Virus record (IMG/VR): IMGVR_UViG_3300044980_000010 | Span: 1 to 64,000 of that record | Reading direction: 5' to 3' (one strand) | DNA: 64,000 nucleotides | Origin: a virus | Shown here: in pieces, positions 51,925 through 61,465 of the stretch | Numbering within the stretch: position 1 is the stretch's first letter | Layout: every line of letters starts with the position of its first letter | Program-made: the position numbers and the translations under genes | Notes under the pieces: model-generated | What the model was told of the DNA's origin: nothing | Databases searched by the model: none | What the model saw: the letters and a program-made list of their open reading frames with translations, nothing else

Positions 51925-51971
51925 AAACAAGGAAAGCCCCATGCGGAGGCTAAACCTCTCTGCACGGGGCT
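51925..51971 (-). terminator. Probable terminator upstream of the tRNA cluster
   Basis: AGCCCCGTGC/GCATGGGGCT hairpin followed by a T-rich tract on minus strand. Confidence 0.55.
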
Positions 51972-51993
51972 GGAATGTGGCCTAGCGTTAGGG

Positions 51994-52302
51994 TTATTCT
52001 ATGGTGCCGATTGGGAATGGAGGCTCGTATTCCACATAAGTTGGAGCCACCCAAGCAAAGATGTCCTGACGGCCAGCATCACGGGCACTCTTGTTCCTGT
52101 AGATCGCGCCGGACGGGCTGACGGGTGCAGTCCTGACTTCCACACGCTTTACCACGGAACCTTTGACTATGATGAGATCGCAGCTTGCATCTGGCGAGAC
52201 TGCACGGAACACTTCCCAGCCTCTCGCCATAAGATCGACACATGCACGAAGTTCGCTCACTGCACCTGTCGTGCTTGTGTGTTTACGTTCTGGCATCTTC
52301 AT
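51994..52302 (-). CDS. PD-(D/E)xK endonuclease (I-Ssp6803I-like homing type)
   Basis: G.VSE.....L...G.EVF......DLI......RVEVRT. Confidence 0.72.
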   Translation of the reverse strand: MKMPERKHTSTTGAVSELRACVDLMARGWEVFRAVSPDASCDLIIVKGSVVKRVEVRTAPVSPSGAIYRNKSARDAGRQDIFAWVAPTYVEYEPPFPIGTIE

Positions 52303-52306
52303 TTGA

Positions 52307-53056
52307 TCACAGCCCTGTCTCTGTCTTGATGAACTGACGAGATACAAACCCTGCGACGTAGCCAATGATGAACCATCGGCGTTTAGAGCGCCTTGCCTCG
52401 GCCTTGACCGTGGCGATCTGCGCGGTGCATACCTTGGCGTCATCCACAGCCTTCGCCTGAAGGCCCGTGATGAGCACGTCGCGGTCGGAGACCTGTTGGC
52501 CTTCTGCCGCAAGCAGGCTCTGTGCATTCTTCAGTTCTTCGGTCTCGGCGGTGAGTTGCTGCTGGAGCACTGGAGCCTTCTCCAGTTCTACCACTGTGGC
52601 AACCGCTCCGCTGTCCGGTAAAGTGACTTGTCCATTAGCCGAGGACGCGCTCGCTTCGGGAACAAGCGTGTTCCAACGTTGCGTCAGTTCGGTGGGCGTC
52701 AGTGTTTTGTCCACCTGCTGTTGCTTGGAGAGCGCCGTCACCAGCGTAACCTGTAACTGTTGAAGCTGTGCATCACGCGCTTCGATCTTCGCGTTAAGCG
52801 CCGCCGTATCCGCGTCGTGCTGGGCAATCAACTTCGCGGTGGCATCGTTCTTCTCTTGCTGGACCTGTGCGACGATCTGGGCTTGCTGCGTCATAGCGCG
52901 GTCATGGTTAATCAGCAAGGTGTCTACCTTACCGAGGGCGAACCACAGGATGAGACCAGCAAAGAACGTAAGAACCAGTCTCTCATGTGCTTTCAAATAA
53001 ACGCTGATCGGGTGCAGCGAGGACACAATAGGTTGTGGTGTTGGCGTGGTGCTCAT
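52307..53056 (-). CDS. Membrane-anchored coiled-coil protein (spanin-like)
   Basis: N-terminal TM helix, long Q/A/L coiled coil, C-terminal hydrophobic segment. Confidence 0.5.
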   Translation of the reverse strand: MSTTPTPQPIVSSLHPISVYLKAHERLVLTFFAGLILWFALGKVDTLLINHDRAMTQQAQIVAQVQQEKNDATAKLIAQHDADTAALNAKIEARDAQLQQLQVTLVTALSKQQQVDKTLTPTELTQRWNTLVPEASASSANGQVTLPDSGAVATVVELEKAPVLQQQLTAETEELKNAQSLLAAEGQQVSDRDVLITGLQAKAVDDAKVCTAQIATVKAEARRSKRRWFIIGYVAGFVSRQFIKTETGL

Positions 53057-53460
53057 TTGTTCTCCTTTACAAGTTCAAACATCAGTTCGACGGTTCGCGG
53101 ATATTCAAAACCAATCTGCTCAAGTCTTCCCTTGCGAGCATTGCAGCTTTTGTCTCTGCTTCCCTCTTTCATTCCACAGCACGCTACTACGTTGTTCATT
53201 GTGTAGCCTTGGTGGTGATCGAGGCGATCTAGGTTGTATCCAAACTCCGACAATGGACCGGAGCAGTAGTAGCACACTGGGTGTTTCAACATGAAGAACT
53301 CGTAGTCCTCCATGGAGATTTCTAGCAGTCTTCCATCGCGTCTTGCTGCACGCTTCAGTTGTGCATACCTGCCGGGAAATGATCTGCGATACTTTGCAAC
53401 TACGTCGGGATTTGCGTCCCTCCATTTCCTAGCGTAACTTGCTCCGAGTCCTTTGCCCAT
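53053..53460 (-). CDS. HNH endonuclease (paralog of 44097-44561)
   Basis: CYYC.GPL...LDRL...GYT.NNVVACC...CN.RKGRLE.IGF.YPRTV.LM. Confidence 0.82.
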   Translation of the reverse strand: MGKGLGASYARKWRDANPDVVAKYRRSFPGRYAQLKRAARRDGRLLEISMEDYEFFMLKHPVCYYCSGPLSEFGYNLDRLDHHQGYTMNNVVACCGMKEGSRDKSCNARKGRLEQIGFEYPRTVELMFELVKENK

Positions 53461-53469
53461 CTGAGTCTC

Positions 53470-54216
53470 CTAGTTGAATAAATCGAAAAAGCTGTGCGGT
53501 ATTTTCTTAGGTTCCGGTTCTGTCTCACTCAGTGAGGCGTCACCTTTACCCACCGCGACGGCTGTGAGTTGTGTTGCGGTGAAGTTCACATCGAAGCTAG
53601 CACTAAGCCAGTTGTCGTCCTTTGGACCCCCGACCATGTACGTCGTGACCGCGATGATCCGTCCATCTTCTCCGTAGATAGCAGAGCCGCTGTCGCCGGG
53701 GATCACATGGATGGTGTAGTACACCAAGCCGTCCGCTTGATCCACTTCGCTGACATCTTGCACTGCAAACGACCTGTACCCTTCTTTGTACTGCGGAGGG
53801 TATGCACCACCACCAGAGCCGTAGAGGTAAACGTGCTCGAACGTCCCGGCTGGATGCGCTCCCGGCTGCAACGGTACGAAGTTGTGAAACTCCTGACCGT
53901 CCACGATGTAGATCACGTGGTCTCTACCGTCGATTGTTTTCGACAGCAGGTGGAACTTCTTCATAGAGAGATCGAGAGTGACCGTGGTGAGGTCAGACTC
54001 ATTGCAGTGTGCTGCTGTGAGTAGAGCATGTGGTCCTACTGCTGTAGCTGTGCATTGTCCATCTGGAAACTTGATGCGGTGCTCTGCTCTCTGCTGGATC
54101 GTGATTGGGCGTTGAACTGCTACTGACTGAATGGGTCTGTGCTTAACAGTGCCCACAACAAGGAGCGTAGCTGCTACAAAGAGCAGTGCGGTCCTGAGGA
54201 ACTTCTTGAACTGCAT
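53470..54216 (-). CDS. Exported trypsin-like serine protease
   Basis: Signal/TM N-terminus; LTAAHC, D, GDSGS catalytic triad motifs. Confidence 0.88.
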   Translation of the reverse strand: MQFKKFLRTALLFVAATLLVVGTVKHRPIQSVAVQRPITIQQRAEHRIKFPDGQCTATAVGPHALLTAAHCNESDLTTVTLDLSMKKFHLLSKTIDGRDHVIYIVDGQEFHNFVPLQPGAHPAGTFEHVYLYGSGGGAYPPQYKEGYRSFAVQDVSEVDQADGLVYYTIHVIPGDSGSAIYGEDGRIIAVTTYMVGGPKDDNWLSASFDVNFTATQLTAVAVGKGDASLSETEPEPKKIPHSFFDLFN

Positions 54217-54408
54217 GGTGTAACCCCGGAAGCCGCTCAGTCCAGAGCACAACGGCTTCGGCCACGTCCGCGTTAAGCGGCCCTCTGTTCGTGGTCTAAC
54301 GAAAGTCAAAGGCTCACCCGTCTCCGTCTGGGGTGAGCCGAAAGGCCGTAGAAGGTGGGAAAGGTTAACCACCAACGGAAAGCCATGCGTCCCCAACTTG
54401 GGGACGGA
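54217..54408 (-). ncRNA. Structured intergenic RNA / 5' leader of the protease gene
   Basis: Consecutive hairpins CGTCCCC/GGGGACG, GGTGG/CCACC, GGCTCACCC/GGGTGAGCC, GAAGCCGTT/AGCGGCTTC. Confidence 0.45.
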
Positions 54409-55110
54409 TTACTGCTTGTTACATCCAAACGGGAAGTTGGTCATCAGTTCGTCGAACGCTGTGACTGCACCTTCCTTGAACTCTTCCAGTGTGCCGTTGT
54501 TTTCGAGGATGATGCTCCAGTCCTCAGGCGACGTGTCTGCAAGAGCCGTTTCCGAGGCATGCGTACTTGGCGGAAGGCCATCGCGCTGCACAAGGACAGT
54601 TTCTCCGTACTGCTTCACAAACGCCATCTCGTTCGGAAAGCGCATATCCGTGATTAAAGCAATCTGCGGCTTCTCCAGTTCGATGCGCTGGGCCAGTTGC
54701 CGCACCCAGTAGTCTGTGTCGATGCTGCGACGATACTCGGTGCCCCACCATTGGAGCAAAGGCCGCTGTTTGCCGAGAGGGTATTGTTCATTGAATTCTG
54801 GATTCTCATCCAGCACTACCCATTCCGGCAGTTCAATCAAGTTCTCATTCGCCTGCACAAAGTGCGTAGGGCGATTTGCAACAAGAAGACTGAACGCGCC
54901 ACCTGCTCTCGCAAGGGCACCGTCCACTTCTTTACGCAGTGCGTCTGCAAAGGAGTACTTGCGGATGTCGTAACGATCCACAGTGTTGAGCGTAAGACCT
55001 AAACCATCCACTGAGTACGTCAAACCGCGCTGCTTAATGATCTCGGCAACGGCTGTGTCCTTTCCGCTTCTCGCTCTGTAGCCGAACCCAAATACTACCG
55101 AATCTATCAC
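54409..55110 (-). CDS. Deoxynucleoside monophosphate kinase
   Basis: GYRARSGKDT, SFADAL, R.LLQ.WGTE.RR, ITDMRFPNE, HASE, NNGT. Confidence 0.9.
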   Translation of the reverse strand: MIDSVVFGFGYRARSGKDTAVAEIIKQRGLTYSVDGLGLTLNTVDRYDIRKYSFADALRKEVDGALARAGGAFSLLVANRPTHFVQANENLIELPEWVVLDENPEFNEQYPLGKQRPLLQWWGTEYRRSIDTDYWVRQLAQRIELEKPQIALITDMRFPNEMAFVKQYGETVLVQRDGLPPSTHASETALADTSPEDWSIILENNGTLEEFKEGAVTAFDELMTNFPFGCNKQ

Positions 55111-55505
55111 TGAGTCTTCCTCCGTTTATGTGGGCAGTAGCCGTATAGACCGCGTGCCGAGTTGCAATTGTGACACAACACACGGAAACCTTTTGGGTAA
55201 CCGTTGCGTTTTAACCAGAACAAAAACTTAGAACCATAAGCATTGAGTTTCTTTCTATGCTTGTTGCCGCCTTTAATGTGGTCGAAGCACAGGAACTCAT
55301 ACCTTGGCTCACCACAGCACTTGCATTTATTTCCATAGTGTTTAAGAACCTCTGTTCTTATCCTACGGAGATATTTTGCATCATAGTGTGGATGGCGTTT
55401 ACGAAAGCGAGCACGCTTGGCTACTAGTTTCTTCCTGTTCTTTTCCCAGTACTTCTTTTGGGCTTTTGCCATTGCTTTGGGGTGGAGTTTCTTCCACGCT
55501 CGCAT
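55107..55505 (-). CDS. HNH-like endonuclease (5' end possibly frameshifted, true start may be GTG 55566)
   Basis: YG.KC.CCGE....L.FDHI.GG...GFRVLCHNCN. Confidence 0.78.
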   Translation of the reverse strand: MRAWKKLHPKAMAKAQKKYWEKNRKKLVAKRARFRKRHPHYDAKYLRRIRTEVLKHYGNKCKCCGEPRYEFLCFDHIKGGNKHRKKLNAYGSKFLFWLKRNGYPKGFRVLCHNCNSARGLYGYCPHKRRKTQ

Positions 55506-55732
55506 ATACGCATTGATTCGTGCTTTGTTCTTCTTGCGATATTTTAAGGTATGCCTTGCGGCTCACCGCAGTGTAACCTTTCCAAGCCGCTTCATCTCGG
55601 CGTTGAGTTGGTCTTTCGTTAAGCCGTAGTTGCCGGACTTGAACAATGCCACGCCGGGGACCACGACCTCTCCCAGTCCGTACGTATAGGCTACGTCGGA
55701 CTGGGTGCGGATGATGTATTCCTGTTGTTCGC

Positions 55733-57394
55733 TCATGCTCTCCATTTGCCGTTCTTCATAGTAACCACTGTGCGCTGCCCGTTTGGGTACTGAATCACGT
55801 GACTCCACGACCAGCTTGAAGGCCCCATCGTATAGTCCCAGTCCTGTGTCAGCTTTGTGGAAGTTCCCGCCACGAAAAGTCCGTGATAGATTCCTGCTGC
55901 ATGGGTGTGGGCTGTGGTAGCTTTCTTTCCTATTTTTGAAAGACTTGCTGGGTTGCCGAACATACCGTTCGGACCAAGATGGCCATGACAGCCTAACTCT
56001 ACTTCACCCACTGTGAAGGACTCATCAGGCAGCAAGAACGCTACTGCTCCCGGCTTCATTCCCGCTTCCTTCTCCATCACAAACTTCACGAGGTTCACGT
56101 TCTTAGCGGACTTCATCTTCTTCAGTTCTTTGAACATGAAGGTCTGCATACGTAAGAACACTTCGGTGTTTGGTGGATCGACGCGGTAGTCGTACTCTTG
56201 CAACCATGCCTTCAACCACGCACGGTCGTGATTCGCGTCTGGGGCGACGGTCTTGCACCATGGACGAAGATACTGCTCAAGAACTTCTCTCGTGCGCTTG
56301 AACTCTTCCTCCACCCTGTGCAACCCACGCAGCCAGACAGTGAACTTCTCGTGGATGGCTTTGTGCTTCCGGTTGTGTCTGTTGAAGCCTGCCCCTTCAA
56401 AAAGATCATGGAGGAACTGGTACTCAGGTCTGAGTGCGTCCAACATTTGCACAGATGCTTCTACCACTGCGGGGTGTGACATTGTTGCGTGCAGATCACC
56501 CCAAGTGATCGCAGAGACTCGGGCATCAGTTGCCACGACTTCTCCGTCTTTGATGCGAACATTCAAGTCTTGAATCTCTTTGCCGTTTTTCCTTGCGGCG
56601 ACTTGTCGCACCCACCAGTTGCCGTCTGCATCGACCTCTACAACGAGGCACGCATAGCGGTGATGGTGTTCAGCTTTGATTCCCAGTTTCTTTTGCAGGT
56701 AGTTCATCAGTGTGACTGCGCCCGTCGTGTAGATCATCTTCACTGGAGTTCCCGGCATGGTTGCAATGGACCGCATCTCAATCTTCGTGTGAGGGAAGAT
56801 AATGCTTGATGCGCCTTCATAGGTCTCCAGACCTGAGATCGGGTTGTCTTCCGTAGGAAGGATGTTCATGTTGCCACACCACTTCAACCCCGGTGCCAAC
56901 TCCCGGCGTGCGTCACTGATGTAAGGCTTGATCGCTGGGTCAAACCACAGTTCATCCTCGTACGGCCTCTTCGTGCCGTTCTTGACGGCCAAGTTTCCAA
57001 AGTTGTTCTGGTTGTACGAGAAGGTTCCCACCAGAATCTTTGCGTCGTAATACTTCGACAAGGCCAAGACGTTTTTCCAAAAATCTTCATGGACAAACGT
57101 GTTGTTCTGAGCAGAGGTCAGAATGTATCTCTTCACTCCCCCAGAGTTCGGTAACGTTTCTTTGATTTCAGCCGCACGTTGCTTACCGCCTGCAATGGGC
57201 TTTTTGATGCCCAGCTTTTGGAGGTGGTGCCACACAGTGCTGCGAGCCAGCCCTGCGGCTCTCGCAATCTCCGGCACTTTGCCAGCATACCGATCATACA
57301 GTTCGGCCACCTTCTTGCGTTGTTCCTCGCCGTGCTGCTGGTGCTTACTCTTCTTTTCCTGCTTCATCGCGTCCTTAAAGTTGAGATATGCCAC
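55733..57394 (-). CDS. Calcineurin-like metallophosphoesterase with N-terminal HTH
   Basis: EIARAAGLARSTVWHHL HTH; GDLH, HD, NHD, HGH, HTH metal motifs. Confidence 0.8.
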   Translation of the reverse strand: MAYLNFKDAMKQEKKSKHQQHGEEQRKKVAELYDRYAGKVPEIARAAGLARSTVWHHLQKLGIKKPIAGGKQRAAEIKETLPNSGGVKRYILTSAQNNTFVHEDFWKNVLALSKYYDAKILVGTFSYNQNNFGNLAVKNGTKRPYEDELWFDPAIKPYISDARRELAPGLKWCGNMNILPTEDNPISGLETYEGASSIIFPHTKIEMRSIATMPGTPVKMIYTTGAVTLMNYLQKKLGIKAEHHHRYACLVVEVDADGNWWVRQVAARKNGKEIQDLNVRIKDGEVVATDARVSAITWGDLHATMSHPAVVEASVQMLDALRPEYQFLHDLFEGAGFNRHNRKHKAIHEKFTVWLRGLHRVEEEFKRTREVLEQYLRPWCKTVAPDANHDRAWLKAWLQEYDYRVDPPNTEVFLRMQTFMFKELKKMKSAKNVNLVKFVMEKEAGMKPGAVAFLLPDESFTVGEVELGCHGHLGPNGMFGNPASLSKIGKKATTAHTHAAGIYHGLFVAGTSTKLTQDWDYTMGPSSWSWSHVIQYPNGQRTVVTMKNGKWRA

Positions 57395-57400
57395 GTGTTG

Positions 57401-57429
57401 AGTATACCACGACTCGTGTTGGGTGTCAA
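57401..57429 (-). promoter_or_regulatory. Sigma70-type promoter
   Basis: TTGACA-17 bp-TATACT with extended TG on minus strand. Confidence 0.85.
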
Positions 57430-57433
57430 CGCC

Positions 57434-57766
57434 TTATTTCTTAGCTGTGCGGCGTCTGCGGATTGGCTGAACCATTGCTGCTTTCAAGTACCCTGTCTGT
57501 TCGGCAAGGTCTAACCGTACTCCGTCTAGGGCCGCTACGGTCTTTCCCAGCAGTTCTATCTGTTGCACTCCCTGCGATTGCAGCGTTGTGAGGCAGTTGG
57601 TACGCTGCTGCACCAGTTCGGCGTGAATAGAGGCTTGTTCAGTTTTCATGTTATCCCATTCCTTACGAACCTTCCTCACAGGCCACAGAAGAATAGCCAT
57701 AGTAGCTCCCACCAAAATACTTACGGCTACCTTGTTCAACATTTGCAATAATTCTGGATTAAGCAT
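57434..57766 (-). CDS. Single-TM protein with coiled coil (holin-like)
   Basis: One TM helix then coiled coil; follows tail genes. Confidence 0.45.
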   Translation of the reverse strand: MLNPELLQMLNKVAVSILVGATMAILLWPVRKVRKEWDNMKTEQASIHAELVQQRTNCLTTLQSQGVQQIELLGKTVAALDGVRLDLAEQTGYLKAAMVQPIRRRRTAKK

Positions 57767-58155
57767 TAGATTTGTGTCCATGGCACATCTGTTCCCGGTA
57801 GCAATCCTCCCGTAACATCTACGAAGGCTTCCAACTGGTTTCGCAAGGCAATGACATTCGTCTGTTGTGTAGTAAGAGGGGTTCCTGTTATGGTGCCCCC
57901 ACCTGACTGCGTGCCATACGTGTAGCTCCATGCCCCGGTAGAGAGGTTGAACTGCACTGTAAGAGTGTAGCCATTTGCCAAAGCAGCAGGGCCTTGATTA
58001 AGGGAGTTGCCCACCAACGCTGTGCCTATTTTGTAGGTAACCGTCAGTGCTCTTGATTGAAAATCATACAGACAGCTTGTGGCTGCTCCTATCGTGTCTG
58101 TTTCTGTAACCCCATTGATTGTGAAAGATACTGGAGTAGTCAATGTTATACTCAT
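57766..58155 (-). CDS. Probable virion / tail-fibre-associated protein
   Basis: T/G-rich beta protein coupled to the tail fibre gene. Confidence 0.5.
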   Translation of the reverse strand: MSITLTTPVSFTINGVTETDTIGAATSCLYDFQSRALTVTYKIGTALVGNSLNQGPAALANGYTLTVQFNLSTGAWSYTYGTQSGGGTITGTPLTTQQTNVIALRNQLEAFVDVTGGLLPGTDVPWTQI

Positions 58156-60002
58156 TACAGGGCCTCACATTTCAAGTGTGCTGAAAAGGTTGCTGTACCA
58201 ACTGTGCCTGTTAAAGCGATGGCGTATTGAATAGCAACACCTGTCTTTGCGTAAATGATGATTTCACCATTCAACGTTGAAGTGGTTGTGTTACCGCTGT
58301 TGCTTGTTGCCGATGCGCCTGCCTGCGTTGCTAACTGCATCACATCCGATTGTGCCACCGAATCGTCACCGTCAGTATATGTAATAGTGATTGGACCTAA
58401 AACCGGACTGGTCCCCGTGTGGGTGATCTTCAGCCTCGTTGATATACGAAACATTCCTGTAACGGTCGGAGTGTAAAGCGTGGTTGCCGAGATAGCCGCA
58501 ACCTGTCCTGTCAAATCAACCGTTGCCAGTTCAGATGGCACGCCACCTGATACCGTCGCAATGTTGTTGTATTTGGTGATTGTTCCGCTTGCGTTGGCAA
58601 GTGTAATCTTTCCTACGCTACCGACCCCACCTCCAATGGTTACGTCAAAATTACCAGACACACTAGAGCTTGAGAACCTAGCAACTTCGGACCCACCGGA
58701 CACAATGCCTACTTGATTGGTATTTCCTCCACCACCCGGACCAACTCCCCCAGTTCCTCCCGCCCATCCATACACGCCTAGGGTAGCGGGAGAGACGATC
58801 TTAGCAACGCCTATCGATCCGCTGTGCGTGATGTTAAGGCTAGGTACTCCGTTCGTCCCAGCAGCAAGAGAAGAACCTATAGACCAAGTATCTTGTGCTG
58901 ACGCTGAACCGTTCCAGTACTGACTTCCCAATTCTATTAGGGGAGATGCGTTGGTAGTCCCTGAGGTAGCGACTGTTGTGTTGTTCCACAGCCAAATTGC
59001 ATTTGAAGTTTGATTAAAAGTGGTAGTGAAAGCTGCATTCGATAAGGTTAGGTTGGCTCCGGCGTTGCCTAAAGCTGACCATAATACAGAACCCGATGGA
59101 GGTGTAGGTGTAGTTCCTGCAATATCTGCATAGTTTACCTGCGCCCATGCTGGAGCAGCAGATATTGTACCATTCCCTGTTTGACTAAGGTACATCTTTG
59201 TAGCTGTGGTGTTACCTGCCAAACGCGCTGTAGCAGGTGTTGCGTTTTCATAAATTATGTCGCCCAGCGTTGTCAGCAAAGAGGTAGCTATGTAAGGAAG
59301 CGTTGGCACATCTGCCGCCACCAGTGATCTGTAAGCTGGCGCTCCAGTGCCGCTTGTAGGCCCTGCCAACACAGAGTTCTGCGCTGCGTTACTCAAAGAA
59401 AAAGACAACGCAGGAGTCGTAGCAGATGTAGCTACAGATGTTGTGAACAAGGGGCTAAGGCTGCCTGCACTGAACGATGTAACGGTCCCTGATCCAAAAC
59501 CTGAAATAGCTGAGGCAAGAACTACCGCCCCAGTGCCAGTTACTCCGTTTGACAAGTCTGAGGCTGATGGTTGAGTTTGTGTAAACACCCCAGTGCTGGA
59601 AGTGTACGATGTTAAGAATTGGTGGGATACGGCTGCAATCGTCACAGGAAGCTGCGGAGTACCTGATATGTCGCTGTACGCTGGTTGCGAAGCTGTGAAC
59701 ATCCCTGTAGTGGAATCATAGCTGCTTAACCAGTTTGAGGTCACCTCTGCTTTTGTGATTGGCAACTGGGGCGTACCGCTTATCTGAGCGTAGGAATAGT
59801 CACCAATCTGCGCTATGACTGCTCCGGTGCGTCCGAATACTGAGGTAACTGCCCCACCGCCTGTTCCTATAGCTGCATCCGCTAGTACAAAGTTCTCTGC
59901 AATTATAGGGTCCATACCTATGATTGTAAACCCTACGTTTAGTGTTTTTGGGTTTGAACTTTGAACGTAGTATGATGGTAGTCCATCGTAGCCTTGTGGC
60001 AT
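58155..60002 (-). CDS. Tail fibre / receptor-binding-like protein
   Basis: VTSVFGRTGAV..Q.GDY motif, repeated ISGTPQLP units, T/S/G/A-rich; lower GC. Confidence 0.75.
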   Translation of the reverse strand: MPQGYDGLPSYYVQSSNPKTLNVGFTIIGMDPIIAENFVLADAAIGTGGGAVTSVFGRTGAVIAQIGDYSYAQISGTPQLPITKAEVTSNWLSSYDSTTGMFTASQPAYSDISGTPQLPVTIAAVSHQFLTSYTSSTGVFTQTQPSASDLSNGVTGTGAVVLASAISGFGSGTVTSFSAGSLSPLFTTSVATSATTPALSFSLSNAAQNSVLAGPTSGTGAPAYRSLVAADVPTLPYIATSLLTTLGDIIYENATPATARLAGNTTATKMYLSQTGNGTISAAPAWAQVNYADIAGTTPTPPSGSVLWSALGNAGANLTLSNAAFTTTFNQTSNAIWLWNNTTVATSGTTNASPLIELGSQYWNGSASAQDTWSIGSSLAAGTNGVPSLNITHSGSIGVAKIVSPATLGVYGWAGGTGGVGPGGGGNTNQVGIVSGGSEVARFSSSSVSGNFDVTIGGGVGSVGKITLANASGTITKYNNIATVSGGVPSELATVDLTGQVAAISATTLYTPTVTGMFRISTRLKITHTGTSPVLGPITITYTDGDDSVAQSDVMQLATQAGASATSNSGNTTTSTLNGEIIIYAKTGVAIQYAIALTGTVGTATFSAHLKCEAL

Positions 60003-60007
60003 AGTAT

Positions 60008-60568
60008 TTAACCTCTGGTTGCTTGCCGGAGAATCTGCTTCAAGTGGTCCGACATCAATGGTGTGTCCGGCGTGTTGCCATCGGTGCCTTGTACGGCTTC
60101 GCCGGGGTTAGCGGCGTTGAGAGGTGGCACTGGGTGCTCCACGTTGATCTCTGTGGTGCTAGAAGGTTCAGACGGTGGGGCCGTAGCCGCGCTCTGCATT
60201 GCCTTCTTGTGCTGCTCTTCAATGAACTCTTGTTTGTTGATCTCATCGACCAACCACTGCAACTTTGATTCTTGCAGTTTGCGTGCCTCTTCGGCTGCGG
60301 CCAGAGAGTTTTCCAAAGCGATACGCGCTCTGGTTACTTCCTGAGCACGCTCTTGAGCCTCGGCTTCTTCTTTGGCCTTCTTGGCTTCACGCTTCTTCTC
60401 TGCCTCTTGGTACTCTGCCAGCCGTTGCTGGCGTTCAGCTTCCGCGAGTTGTGCGCGTTCGGCCACTTCTTTGCTGAACTGCTCTGCTTGCTCTTTGCGC
60501 TGCTTGTCGAGTGCTTCGATGCGCTCTGAAAGCTGGCGCTGTAGTTCCTCTACGTTCACGTTTTCCAC
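60008..60568 (-). CDS. Coiled-coil hypothetical protein
   Basis: E/Q/K/A-rich; SD AGGAG. Confidence 0.65.
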   Translation of the reverse strand: MENVNVEELQRQLSERIEALDKQRKEQAEQFSKEVAERAQLAEAERQQRLAEYQEAEKKREAKKAKEEAEAQERAQEVTRARIALENSLAAAEEARKLQESKLQWLVDEINKQEFIEEQHKKAMQSAATAPPSEPSSTTEINVEHPVPPLNAANPGEAVQGTDGNTPDTPLMSDHLKQILRQATRG

Positions 60569-60640
60569 ACTGAGTCTCCTGAGTTAAATGTCTACCCCGG
60601 CTGTGACGGGGCTTGCTAGGAGTTTCACCTAATACCGAGA

Positions 60641-61393
60641 TTAAATCTCGATCTTTCCTATTGCCAGACCTGAACCAATGATCGAAGTGAACTTGAATCG
60701 CAAGAAGCGATAGTTCACAATGTTTGCTCCACCGGGGTTCGATGTGATCGTGCCGGGGGTTGCACTGGGGGCAATGTTGTCAGAGCCAGTCTGGAACGTT
60801 TCGCTGGTGCCTGCACCAGTGACTGCTGAGAACGTGTGGATGGTCTTGTACTCGCTGTCCACGTCGAAGTCCGATCCTTGCAGAACGGCTACGATGCCTG
60901 ACAGGCTTCCACCTGAAGGCAGGTTCAATGTCGCAGTGAGGGACTTTCCTTCTTGCATCTCTGGGTTGTTGAACGGGATCGCAACCGGGACGGATGCGTA
61001 CGAAGAACCAGAGACCGTTTCTCCAACTTCTGGCTGAGGGATGAATACCTGTCCGCCGTCTGGAGTCGAAGACTGAGTGGTGCTGGCGATGGTGTAGGTA
61101 ACGGTGCAAATGCCAGCGTCCGTGGTAGACACAACGGTGATGGAGGCGTTTGTGACGTTGAAGTTCGCGCTGTTAGCGCAACCCACAACTGTGATCAGGG
61201 CACCAGTGACTGGCACGTTGCCAGACACAATGCGGAACACCAGAGTTCCAGTCGTGGTAGCCGCGCTGTTGCTCTGGACATACCCTAGAGTTGGTCCGGT
61301 CTTGTCGTTCCAGCTTCCCAGCAGGTACGACGGGGTTCCGGCTACAGCCAACTGAGGAGATGGCTTGAATGGTGATGCAATGTACTGAGACAT
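60641..61393 (-). CDS. Probable virion structural protein
   Basis: Beta-rich, S/T/G-rich; SD AAGGA. Confidence 0.6.
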   Translation of the reverse strand: MSQYIASPFKPSPQLAVAGTPSYLLGSWNDKTGPTLGYVQSNSAATTTGTLVFRIVSGNVPVTGALITVVGCANSANFNVTNASITVVSTTDAGICTVTYTIASTTQSSTPDGGQVFIPQPEVGETVSGSSYASVPVAIPFNNPEMQEGKSLTATLNLPSGGSLSGIVAVLQGSDFDVDSEYKTIHTFSAVTGAGTSETFQTGSDNIAPSATPGTITSNPGGANIVNYRFLRFKFTSIIGSGLAIGKIEI

Positions 61394-61465
61394 TTGTGTT
61401 GATTCCTTCCGACCGATTCTACGGTCTCATTCACGTTGTGGGGCTGGGTGAGCAGCCCCTTGCGG

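Noticed and set aside
51814-52302. Group I intron-split tRNA containing the PD-(D/E)xK nuclease
   Set aside because: No 5' tRNA half or T arm and no recognisable intron core; a terminator-like hairpin separates the gene from the ACCA
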